From Bdellovibrionota bacterium (GTDB lineage: Bacteria; Bdellovibrionota_C; UBA2361; CAKMMH01), in the NCBI GenBank assembly GCA_050952645.1, contig JBMNLI010000012.1, forward strand, positions 64,001 through 128,000: a DNA stretch of 64,000 nt. The letters are read 5' to 3'. Shown here piece by piece: positions 41,240 to 50,770 of this stretch. The translations under genes were made by a program, and so were the position numbers. The notes under the pieces are model-generated. The model saw nothing but the letters and a program-made list of their open reading frames with translations. It did no database searches and had not been told where the DNA came from. Each line of letters opens with the position of its first letter. Position 1 is the stretch's first letter.

Positions 41240-41602
41240 ATGCAAGAAGAAAAAAAAGAAGAAATAATAAAAGAAAAAAGCAGAAAAGATAATCTAGACA
41301 ATTGTTCAATTCAAGATAAGGTTGGTACTTTGCAATTTTTTTACGATGTTAATCTAGTCGTATCTGTTGAGCTTGGTAGAATAGAGTGTACACTCGATAA
41401 GTTAATAAGGCTTAAAAAGGGCTCTATTATCGAACTCGATAAGCTTCCTGAAGAACCTTTAGATATAAGGGTAAATAATAAACTGCTAGCGCAAGGAGAA
41501 GCCGTAGTAGTAAATGATAAATTTGGAGTTCGCGTAACTCAGATAGTGTCCCCAGATGGCGAGCTAGATGCGCTAGCAGCTGTAAGCAATTCTGCTAAAT
41601 AA
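41240..41602 (+). CDS. fliN: FliN/SctQ-type SPOA-domain C-ring protein
   Basis: DV.L.VSVELGR, GSIIELDK...EPLDI.VN.KL.A.GEAVVVNDKFGVRVT motifs. Confidence 0.9.
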   Translation: MQEEKKEEIIKEKSRKDNLDNCSIQDKVGTLQFFYDVNLVVSVELGRIECTLDKLIRLKKGSIIELDKLPEEPLDIRVNNKLLAQGEAVVVNDKFGVRVTQIVSPDGELDALAAVSNSAK

Positions 41603-41790
41603 ATTCATAAAATAAAATTTCTAAATAAAAAACGTAAAATAAAAAATCTAAAATAAATGATTCAATATAAATAACGCAAAATAAATTACAAACTGCTAAA
41701 GAATATAAATCCTGTTTTTTAAAACAGCATTATAATTTTAGCCTATAAAAAATTCTATATTGTCGGATTTTCATTTTCTTGATAAATTTG

Positions 41791-41818
41791 TAAACAGATA
41801 GGCGTATTGTGCCGTATA
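41791..41818 (+). promoter_or_regulatory. sigma28-like promoter
   Basis: TAAA-N16-GCCGTATA just upstream of the AAGGA SD of 41844. Confidence 0.4.
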
Positions 41819-41843
41819 ACTTTAAATTTAAAGGATTAAAAAG

Positions 41844-44131
41844 ATGTTAGAAATTTTAAAAAAGAAAAAATTATTTTTAAGTTTAACATTTAGTTTAGCA
41901 TTTCTTTTATTGCACTCAAATGGAAATGCGCTGATTATAGATGATTTTACAGATAAAGATGTTTCGGGTAGCGACGCTTCGCTTCAAACAAACATTGAGG
42001 GAGATGGCGATTTTAGTTGGAATAGTGTAAAGCTCTCTAATGTTGTAGGTGGTTGTAGAAAGGCTGAAATGAAAAGGGATGGTAAGGGGACTTTCGAATC
42101 GGGGCGTTATTCACATAACCAAGGCGCCACTAAAACGGCTCGCTCTACTATCACTTGGGGTGAGTGCGAAGATGGAATCACTATGCCACTAGTCGATTTA
42201 ACTATAGATGGTGGTGAGTATATAATCGTAGAAACTGAAGGTAGTGAACATAATGGGGACATATTTTTAGAGTTGCATGATGATGTTGGGTACAATGGTA
42301 GAGTTAATTGTAGTAAGGTGACAGATGTTCATGAGTATCGATGTGAGTTTTCAAAATTTTTAGGTGTAAACTTAAAAAAGATTGAAAAAATAATTTTAGA
42401 GATAGATGGAAGGCCTGGGTTTGACTTAGATGTAACTAAAGTCTTAACTGGCAATGAAGCTAATACCGTTTGTGGTGTTATTCCATCTGCTTTAAATGGC
42501 TATGGTGCAAAAGATGAGTGTGAAATATGCCCAGGGGAGACCGACTATGGATTAGGAAAAGATGAGTGTGGTTATTGCCCTAATGATACGCTTCCAAAAA
42601 ATTATAGTTATGGAGATGGAAAAATTTGTAAATATAGTTGCGATAAAAATCAAGTTTGTGGTTGGTGCCCAACGAGTACTAAGCATATAAAAGATGGGGG
42701 GTATACTTGTAGGCAGTGTGATGATGGCATAGACAACGATGGAGATGGAAAGATAGACTGTAAAGACCCACAATGCTTAAAAGGTGTAGGTGGAACCTGT
42801 GATAGAAATTACGATAGTGAAGCTCCGCAATGTAGCAATTTAAAAGATGATGATGGTGATGGATTAGTAGATGATGACGACCCTGCTTGTATGGATGAAA
42901 ATGGAGATTACGATCTAAATTTAGATAGCGAAGCGGATGATCCTGCGTGTAGCGATGGGATAGATAATGATGGGGATAAATTGAAAGACGATGAAGACCC
43001 AGGGTGTTACGCTAAAGACCCACTCTCTGGAAAGTACGTTTATAAGCCTTATAAAAGAAGCGAAAAAGGACCTGACACTGAGTGTTCAGACGGTATAGAT
43101 AATGATGGAGATGGTTATATAGATAGCAAAGACCCTGATTGTTGGCACCCAGATTCAACTAAGCTAGGTGGCACTAAAGACTACTCTAGCGTTGCTCCAT
43201 TTTACGATTGGAATCCTTGGCATGACTCAGAGGCTGGAGATAGAGTTTATGAGTGCTCTGACGGTATAGATAACGACCTTGATGGAACTTATCGATGCAG
43301 AAGATCCTGGTTGTCTAGTAAATGAGGAATGGGATCCAAGAGAGGGAAAGCGAGATAAACTCTCCTAATGGTAAGCCTGAATGTAATGATGGAATAGATA
43401 ATGATGGCGATGGGCTTATAGACTACCCTGCAGACCCTGGATGTATAAACAAGGATGATGATTCTGAGGGGGACGATTTAAAGAAACCTGAATGTTCAGA
43501 TAGAATAGATAACGATGGAGATGGAAAGATAGATAAGGAAGACCCTGCTTGTTGGACTTATGATGGCAATGGAAATCCTGTAAACTACGACCCTACTATC
43601 GATGATGAGTCTGGTTGTGCTGGAGTGTCTAGCTTTGGTAACCTTGCTGTAGATAATGAAAGATTAGCGGCTGTTGGGCAAAATGCAGCGCTATATTTAA
43701 AAAGATTTCATAGAAACTCTAGCAAGGAATTTAAGAGAACTACACAATCGGCAAATAGAGTAGGAGAAAAGATAGGAAAAGAAATTAATAAAGTTATGAC
43801 TAACTTAAAAAATTATTCAGTTTCTTGTAAGGATGGTAGCCAAGTTATGGGGACATCTTGTCGTAATAACAATGATGCTGAGTTAAATAAGTTTTCTAAG
43901 CGAGTAAGAAAATTAAATCAGCTAGTTAGAAGAGCACAAAGAAGAGGGTTGTTCTTTAGAAAAAATTATGAGAAGAAAGCTATATCTGCTAAAAAGCAAA
44001 AAAGAGCAAGGTATAAAGAGGTAAAGGATTTAATGCTAAATAATAGACGTGCTGGAACTAGAGGAAAAGTATTTAAAGAGATAAATCGTAAGGTTTCAAT
44101 AGTTAAAGGGTTAGCTATTTGTAACGATTAG
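41844..44131 (+). CDS. secreted Cys/Asp-rich Ca-binding repeat protein (CxDGxDNDGDGxxDxxDPxC repeats); one gene split by two apparent +1 insertions near 43286 and 43338
   Basis: Signal peptide; seven repeats across ORFs 41844..43325 and 43322..44131; the bridging frame reads DGLIDAEDPGCLVNEEWDP. Confidence 0.75.
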
Positions 44132-44197
44132 TCTTTTTGCTTTTAGTTTTTTACATTTAGTTTTTTATTTTCTAAATGGAACGCTTACGAAAGTTAT

Positions 44198-44282
44198 AGT
44201 TTTTCACGTTTAAAGGTGGCTTACGCTTATGAGATGGCTTAAAAGAAAATTTAGCTTTAGTCATCTTTAAACGTGAATAACT
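44198..44282 (+). repeat. hairpin sharing TTCACGTTT/AAACGTGAA termini with the dispersed repeat family
   Basis: TTCACGTTTAAAGGTGGCT/AGTCATCTTTAAACGTGAA stem. Confidence 0.6.
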
Positions 44283-44451
44283 GCTTTTTAAAAATTCTAA
44301 TAATGATTTTTTTAAAAAAAATTACGTAAAGAATTTTTTTTTATTTTCTTTTATTATTTTCTTACCTTATTTAAAACCTTATTTAAAATTTTTTCTCCTA
44401 TTTTTCCTAAAATAATGTTTTGATTTAACTATTTAATTTTTAATATAATAT

Positions 44452-44479
44452 TTAAGTTTTTTCTAAAGTAGCACGATAG
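44452..44479 (+). promoter_or_regulatory. sigma28-like promoter of the tad operon
   Basis: TTAA-N16-CACGATAG, same geometry as the motif at 2004-2031. Confidence 0.4.
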
Positions 44480-44544
44480 TATTTTTAAGTGGTATTAGAG
44501 TTTTGTTTTTTTATTAAAGACGGGTTTTTAACAATTAAAAATAT

Positions 44545-45789
44545 ATGAAATTATTAATTATCGATGTATCAACTGAAGCACAAGCGAGATGCGCTAAAAA
44601 AATAGAGCCATTTAACAGAAGTGATGTCGAAATGCTAGACTTAAAAATAAAGCTAGCAAACGATAAAAACTACAAGGAGATTTTAACAGGGGCCGATGTC
44701 GCAATTTTAGGTGCAGATTTAGGCCAGCAGGCTATCACGGTAGCTAGGGAAATATCGGGGGCTTGCCCTTGGATGAATATCATAATGTTCGTAAAAGATG
44801 AGTTTTATGGCGGAAGTTCTTTTAGGTCTGCTCATTCTGTGGGAGTTAGAAAAGTTTTTGCAGACACTGCTAGCTCGCTAGATTTTCTTCAAGAGTTAGT
44901 GGCTATCCATAGTGAATTTAGAAAAGAGGGAAGAGCAAGAGAAGGGGTGATAGTTGCAGTAAATCATGCTAAAGGAGGGGTTGGTGCTACGTCAGTTTGT
45001 GCAGCTTTAGCAGAGGTCTGCGGAATATATAACAAGAGGACTCTTCTTTGGGATTTAGATGTAGAAACTAGAGATTTAAGTAGGTCGCTAACTGCTAGTG
45101 GCATGGAGGCAAAGGTAGTGTCTTCTTGGATTAATGGCTCTAGAGAAATCACTAGAGAGTCTTTAAAAGATGCGCTTTTACCTATTAGCAACGATGTTTC
45201 AATTTTAATTCCCCCAGATAGTATGGCAGAATCTATGGACTTAGTATGTCATACTGATAGCATTTCACTTTGCAGTAGAGTGTTAGAGCTTTCTAGAGTG
45301 CTTTTCGATGTGATTATAATCGACACTGGCGGACGCATGGGGCCTGCAACGGGAAGTGTAGTTAGAAATAGTGATAAAACTCTTATAGTTGTAGATGATA
45401 CGATTTTAGGATTAACCGCAGCCGACCTATATTTAAATTTCGTAAAAAGCCTAGTTGGAACTCCAGAAAGAATACGCTTTTTAATAAATCAATATACGGG
45501 AAATTTGCTTACTAAATCGCAAATGGAAGCAGAGCTAGAGCCAGTGCATCAGCTAGGAGCAGAGGTTTGGGATATAGAGCCTATATATATGGATCCTAGA
45601 GCTAGCCTATGGCCTGCAAGCGGAAGAACGCTCTATAGCCTTGGAAGTAGAAATACTAAGATAGCTATAAAAAAACTAGCTATAAGCTTAGGAATAACTT
45701 TGCAAGGTGGAGTAGTAAAAAGAGATGAAGAGCAAAATAATTTTACCAAAACTAAAGATGGTGGTTTTTTTAAAAAGCTGTTTGGGTAA
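44545..45789 (+). CDS. CpaE/TadZ-like pilus localisation ATPase (degenerate receiver + MinD/ParA domain)
   Basis: AKGGVGATS deviant Walker A, LWDLD, FDVIIIDTG; first gene of the tad cluster. Confidence 0.8.
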   Translation: MKLLIIDVSTEAQARCAKKIEPFNRSDVEMLDLKIKLANDKNYKEILTGADVAILGADLGQQAITVAREISGACPWMNIIMFVKDEFYGGSSFRSAHSVGVRKVFADTASSLDFLQELVAIHSEFRKEGRAREGVIVAVNHAKGGVGATSVCAALAEVCGIYNKRTLLWDLDVETRDLSRSLTASGMEAKVVSSWINGSREITRESLKDALLPISNDVSILIPPDSMAESMDLVCHTDSISLCSRVLELSRVLFDVIIIDTGGRMGPATGSVVRNSDKTLIVVDDTILGLTAADLYLNFVKSLVGTPERIRFLINQYTGNLLTKSQMEAELEPVHQLGAEVWDIEPIYMDPRASLWPASGRTLYSLGSRNTKIAIKKLAISLGITLQGGVVKRDEEQNNFTKTKDGGFFKKLFG

Positions 45790-45998
45790 AACGTTTAGCT
45801 AAAAATAATTGAAACTTATTTTTTAGCTTCGCATCGTAATAGTTGTAAAGTTTGTATTTGTATTTTTATTTTTTAGCTTAAACTTATGCATCTTAAGTAG
45901 TAATCGATGCTCGATTTTTAAATTTAAAAATTTTTAAGCTAAATTTTTTTTAAAATAATTGTTTATATATAATTAATTATATTATGGAGATAATCAAA

Positions 45999-46166
45999 AT
46001 GTTAAGAACTTTTACAAAAAAACAAAAAGGTGCTTCAATGGTAGAGTACGCTTTAGTAGTAGCTTTAATCGCTATAGCTGCTGTTGTAGCAATTAGAGGT
46101 TTGGGCAATCAAATTAAAACTAATTTTGAAGATGTAGAATCTACATTAGAAAGCATAGACCAATAG
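45999..46166 (+). CDS. flp: Flp family type IVb/IVc pilin
   Basis: KG-ASMVEYALVVALIA Flp motif; ATG 45999 after GGAG. Confidence 0.92.
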   Translation: MLRTFTKKQKGASMVEYALVVALIAIAAVVAIRGLGNQIKTNFEDVESTLESIDQ

Positions 46167-46209
46167 TATATATTTAACAAGCACTATAAGTATATAAGTA
46201 TATATTTTT

Positions 46210-47163
46210 ATGAAACCACTTAATAATATGCATCAAAATGATAGCAATGTTGGGAGACTAATCTTGATAATAGCATTAGTAGTAATGCTATTATTAGGTG
46301 GTTTCTTATTATTATTTTTTAGTGCTAAAAATAAAGTAGAAAAGCAGTCGTCTTTTGAGGTGACGCAAAAGACTAAAGGAGCTAATGGCGAGTTAGAAAA
46401 TGAGCTTATTCGCTTTGAAAACGTAGATGGTAAAAATGTTGAAAAGATATACCAAGTTTTAATGGCTGCAAGAGATATAAAAAGCGGTGAAAGGTTAAGC
46501 CCTGCTATGTTTAGAAAAGAACCGAGACCATCGAGCGTATTACTAGGAGGAGAGTTTAAAGATTTCTCAGAGCTTCAAGGGCTTTACGCTAAAGAGGATA
46601 TTAGTGCTAGTGATACTATCGATGCAAGCAAAGTAACTAATAAAAAACCCGTAAATACTATTACGGCAAATATCCCTGAGGGGTATAGAGCAGTTACTAT
46701 AAATGTGGACGTGACTAGTAGCGTTGAGGGCTGGGCACGTGCTGGTGCATTCGTTGACGTAGTTTGGAATTCAGTTTTACAAGGGAAACCGTCTGCAACG
46801 GTTATAGTTCAAAATGCAAAAATTTTATCCGCAGAAAGAGTAGTAGAAGGAAATACTCAAGAGGGACAAGTGTCGCAAGCGCAAGTCCCTAGCACAGTTA
46901 CGCTTTTAGTCCTAGCAGATGATGCTACTAAAATTCATTTAGCTGCGACTACTGGAAAATTAAGTTTACAATTAAGGGGCGATGATACCGATGAAAAAAG
47001 AGATGCCAATAGGTCCTCTCTTACTATAGACGATTTATTAGGAGGAGGAAAAACGGCTCGAGGGAAAAAAAGATACGATGCCATAGTAAAAATAAGAGGA
47101 AGCAATGGCAAAATGGAAAAGTGGGGCTTAAAAGATGGCGTTCTTGTCCCAGTAGAAGAATAA
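46210..47163 (+). CDS. cpaB: Flp pilus assembly protein CpaB/RcpC
   Basis: SAF domain (AARDI..GE.L), IPEGYRAVTI.V....V.G....G..VDV, VTLLV and L.LQLR motifs. Confidence 0.9.
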   Translation: MKPLNNMHQNDSNVGRLILIIALVVMLLLGGFLLLFFSAKNKVEKQSSFEVTQKTKGANGELENELIRFENVDGKNVEKIYQVLMAARDIKSGERLSPAMFRKEPRPSSVLLGGEFKDFSELQGLYAKEDISASDTIDASKVTNKKPVNTITANIPEGYRAVTINVDVTSSVEGWARAGAFVDVVWNSVLQGKPSATVIVQNAKILSAERVVEGNTQEGQVSQAQVPSTVTLLVLADDATKIHLAATTGKLSLQLRGDDTDEKRDANRSSLTIDDLLGGGKTARGKKRYDAIVKIRGSNGKMEKWGLKDGVLVPVEE

Positions 47164-47230
47164 GGTTTAAGACGGCAATACGAATCTGGTTTTAGCTTTG
47201 GTTTTAGCAAGGTATAATGGGCGAGGTATA

Positions 47231-48679
47231 ATGAGAAAGAATGATGATATAGATATAACAAGTTTATTTTCGACTAAGTTAAATAGAGATAGGGAAACTA
47301 AAGAAACTACCACTGAAGAAACCTCACTTACCACCGTTGATAATTCCACAAGAAGTTTAGCTAATACTAATAATGAAAATAAAGATAAAGCTAATAAAGA
47401 AGACCCCTTTAAAAAAGAACTTTCCTCGACAGGAAATAACGTCTTAAAAGAAGCAAGAAGTGAGCTTGGGGAGCTCATGAATAAATCTCAAGAGGCTCTA
47501 AAGCAAGTAAACGAAGAAACTATAATAAAAGCGGTAGAAAAGGTAATATTTAAAAATAGTGTTTCAATTCCAGACTTAGAAAAAGCTACAATTATTATCC
47601 ATTTACAAAAAGATTTATTAGGTTGGGGAGTTTTGCAACCGCTTATAGACAATCCTGAGGTTACGGATATTCACGTATACGATTATTCCACCGTAGTTTT
47701 ACAACGAGGTAAGGTAAGTGAAAGAACGCCTTATCACTGGCCATCGAAGCAAGTTTACGTTGCTTTTATCGATAGACTACTTTTAAGATTAGGAAAATCG
47801 CTATCTAACCAGCAACATACTATCGACGCTTCGCTTCCAAATGGAATAAGAATATGTGCTATTCACGAGAGTGTTTGTGGTTCTAGGGGGCCTCTTTTAA
47901 GTATTCGTGTGCCTAGAATCAGCAACGTATCATTAGAAAGTATAATAACTTACCAAATGGCTCCACCGTTAATCGTTAGGTATTTAGCAGCGCTAGTAAA
48001 ATGCGGAATATGCACTTTTATGATTGCTGGTGAAACTGGAACCGGTAAAACTACGCTTATGAAATGTCTTGCAACGCAATTTGGTAGCGATGAAGCGATA
48101 GTGGCAGTAGAAGATACTCCCGAGCTTAATTTACAGCACGAATATTTTAGATCATTAGTTTCACGTCCTGCTAATACTGAAGGGAAAGGTGAGGTTACGC
48201 TTCAAGAGCATATTAAAACTACGCTTCGCATGACGCCAAATAGAGTGCTTTTAGGAGAGATGAGAACTCCTTACGCAGCCGAGGCCTTTTTAGAGGGAGT
48301 TCAAACTGGGCACGTTGGAATGAGCACTATTCACGCTCGTAATGCTAGAGAAACTCTTACTAGGCTTGAAGGGCTTTTAGGTCGTGCTCAACATTCGGTT
48401 TCAATAGAAATTTTAAGGCAACAAATAGCACTCGCAGTCGATGTCGTAGTGTGGCTATTTAGAGAAAAGGAAACTGGAAAACCGAGAGTTGGGGAGATTA
48501 TAGAGGTTGGGCATTGTGTTGAGGGTGTAATTCAAACTCGCCCGATGTTTTCTATGCTAAAAACTGGAAAAGACCCTCTATGGAGAGTCGACTCTTGGGC
48601 TAGCTTTTTCGATGAGGAACTTGCAGAATACGGAATATTTTTAGGAGATGTGCCTCCTGAAATTAGTTTAAAGGATTAG
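47231..48679 (+). CDS. cpaF: CpaF/TadA pilus assembly ATPase
   Basis: LGWGVLQPL, GETGTGKTT, EDTPEL, LRMTP.R.LLGEMR and TGH.GMSTIHA motifs; ATG 47231 after GAGG. Confidence 0.92.
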   Translation: MRKNDDIDITSLFSTKLNRDRETKETTTEETSLTTVDNSTRSLANTNNENKDKANKEDPFKKELSSTGNNVLKEARSELGELMNKSQEALKQVNEETIIKAVEKVIFKNSVSIPDLEKATIIIHLQKDLLGWGVLQPLIDNPEVTDIHVYDYSTVVLQRGKVSERTPYHWPSKQVYVAFIDRLLLRLGKSLSNQQHTIDASLPNGIRICAIHESVCGSRGPLLSIRVPRISNVSLESIITYQMAPPLIVRYLAALVKCGICTFMIAGETGTGKTTLMKCLATQFGSDEAIVAVEDTPELNLQHEYFRSLVSRPANTEGKGEVTLQEHIKTTLRMTPNRVLLGEMRTPYAAEAFLEGVQTGHVGMSTIHARNARETLTRLEGLLGRAQHSVSIEILRQQIALAVDVVVWLFREKETGKPRVGEIIEVGHCVEGVIQTRPMFSMLKTGKDPLWRVDSWASFFDEELAEYGIFLGDVPPEISLKD

Positions 48680-48794
48680 AAAAATTAGTTTTGAAAATCG
48701 TTAAATTACAAAACGCCGTTAGAGGTATTTATGGGGTGCGTTTTTGGGTTTGTCTAGTTTAATTTGACAATCCGCTAAATTAAAGGTTTAAAAA

Positions 48795-49739
48795 ATGTCT
48801 ATCGGAATTATATTAGGTATTTTATTTATAGTTATATCCTTAGCTTTGCTAGTAGCCTTGCTACATTTAACTAAGAAAAATCAGATTAAAGATAATAAGT
48901 TAAGGAATTTTCAAACTTATAATCAAAAGACTAAGAGTAATGATGATTTTCAAGATAATGATGACTACACGATAGTCGAAAGGAAAGCTAATGGTGATTA
49001 CACTCTAAAACAAAAAATGATATATGCTAATTGGCATTTTCCTCCTATTCTTTTTAGCGCATTAAGATGGCTAGTCGCTTTTTTATGTTTTCTTTTAGCT
49101 AGTACTTATTTCAAAGTATTTTTATCGCTAGTATTTGGTTTTTTAGGTTATGCTTTCGTTAATAGTTTTTTAGATAGAGCTATAAATAAAAGATTTGAAG
49201 CTTTCGATAAAGATTATCCAACATTTTTACAGTCCGTTGTAAGTCTATTAAAATCTGGTATGAATATTCTTTCCGCTATTGAATCTGCCTCAGATGGGCT
49301 AGAACCTTCTTCTTTGTTAAGGCAAGAGGTAGGTATAATGCTAGAAAGATTAAGAATGGGAACTGGGGAAGAAAAAGCGATAGGGAATTTTGGTGCCTCT
49401 ATTAACCATCCTGAAATAGAGCTTTTTATCCAAGCCATAATTTTAGGAAAAAGTTTAGGTGGTGCGTTATCTAATACGCTTGATAGGCTTTCAGAACAAG
49501 TAAGAAAAAGGCAATACTTTAGAAATTCTGCGCAAGCTGCAATAGTGCAACAAAAAGGTTCTCTTTGGGTAATATTAATAATTTTAACGAGTATTTTAGT
49601 AATTATAGGAAAACAGGCACCAGATCTTTTTGAGGCGGCATTAGCTTCTAATCATGGGCGAATGGTGTTAGAGGTAGCTATTGGAGCTATATTAGGTGGT
49701 GTTTATTGGATAAAGCAGATAGTAAAGATTAAGGTTTAG
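48795..49739 (+). CDS. tadB: TadB (T2SSF-domain) platform protein
   Basis: LKSGMN, GG.L...LDRLSEQVRKR; follows cpaF. Confidence 0.8.
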   Translation: MSIGIILGILFIVISLALLVALLHLTKKNQIKDNKLRNFQTYNQKTKSNDDFQDNDDYTIVERKANGDYTLKQKMIYANWHFPPILFSALRWLVAFLCFLLASTYFKVFLSLVFGFLGYAFVNSFLDRAINKRFEAFDKDYPTFLQSVVSLLKSGMNILSAIESASDGLEPSSLLRQEVGIMLERLRMGTGEEKAIGNFGASINHPEIELFIQAIILGKSLGGALSNTLDRLSEQVRKRQYFRNSAQAAIVQQKGSLWVILIILTSILVIIGKQAPDLFEAALASNHGRMVLEVAIGAILGGVYWIKQIVKIKV

Positions 49740-49743
49740 TTTT

Positions 49744-50610
49744 ATGGAATTTTTATATATAAGTGCAGCTATAGTTTCAGTTTTAATAGTTATATTATTA
49801 ATAGCTATAAAAATTTCTAGCAAAAAAAATAGCAAATTAGGTAATTTTAGAAACTCTCAAGGAGACACTAAAGATAAAGTAAAAAAAGTATCTGATAGAG
49901 AAAAGAAGGCGAAAGACAAAGAAGATTTAGAAACTCTTTTTGCAAGAGCTGGAATGTTTTCTCAAGATGAGAGAGCTAAGTTTAATATATTTAGAAAAAT
50001 TACGCCGATAGTATGTTTAGCGATAGGTATTATATTAGGATTAAAATTTGGTGGCATAGTTGCTCTACTTTGCATAATAGCTGCTATTTATTTAGGGCTT
50101 AAAATTCCAGATATAAGATTAAATAAAAAAATAAAAGATAGAAATGAGGATATATTATATTATCTTCCTTTAGTTATAGAGCAGTTAGTTATCGGTGTAA
50201 GTAGTGCGTTAGATGTGGGACCGTGTATAAGCTACGTGGTAGATATGGCAGAAAAGAGGGGAACTCACAACCCAGTTACTTTACTTTTAAAGCAAGTGCA
50301 AACTTACGTTCGTTTTGGAGCATCTTTAGATAATGCTCTTTCTGATATAGGAAGAGAGTCTGGTCATAATGAGCTTAAAAATAGCTTTCTTCAACTTGCG
50401 CAAGTAACGAAACACGGTGGTGAAATTACTAAGCAACTTCAAGATTTAGGCACAACGGTTGCAAAGCAAAGAGAGGTTATAATCGATGGAAGAATAAAGA
50501 CCCTAGAGTTAAAGGCCACTGGCCCTGTGTTTTTAGTATTTGCAGGCAATATGACCATTTTGCTCGGCTTCATAATACTTGGGCTTTTAAAAAGTATGAA
50601 AGAGCTTTAG
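49744..50610 (+). CDS. tadC: TadC (T2SSF-domain) platform protein
   Basis: P...L.KKIK.R...I...LP, L.Q..K.GG.I...L pattern; follows tadB. Confidence 0.8.
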   Translation: MEFLYISAAIVSVLIVILLIAIKISSKKNSKLGNFRNSQGDTKDKVKKVSDREKKAKDKEDLETLFARAGMFSQDERAKFNIFRKITPIVCLAIGIILGLKFGGIVALLCIIAAIYLGLKIPDIRLNKKIKDRNEDILYYLPLVIEQLVIGVSSALDVGPCISYVVDMAEKRGTHNPVTLLLKQVQTYVRFGASLDNALSDIGRESGHNELKNSFLQLAQVTKHGGEITKQLQDLGTTVAKQREVIIDGRIKTLELKATGPVFLVFAGNMTILLGFIILGLLKSMKEL

Positions 50611-50648
50611 CATAAAAGAAAATTGGAGCTAGCTTTAGCTTTGCGGAG

Positions 50649-50723
50649 ATTTTCTTTTAGGCTTCGTCGAGGTGAGTGATACTAATTCTTAAGGTTTAAA
50701 ACCTACTTTAAAACGTGAAGAGC
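50649..50723 (+). repeat. dispersed palindromic repeat, copy B
   Basis: GGCTTCGTCGAGGTGAGTGATACTAATT...ACCTACTTTAAAACGTGAAGAGC. Confidence 0.85.
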
Positions 50724-50734
50724 TAAAAAATACC

Positions 50735-50762
50735 TAAATAAATCAATTTATTTGGCCGATAT
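50735..50762 (+). promoter_or_regulatory. sigma28 (FliA/SigD-type) promoter
   Basis: TAAA-N16-GCCGATAT, a consensus match ending 8 bp before the ATG (implying a very short or absent leader). Confidence 0.65.
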
Positions 50763-50770
50763 CTACATAT

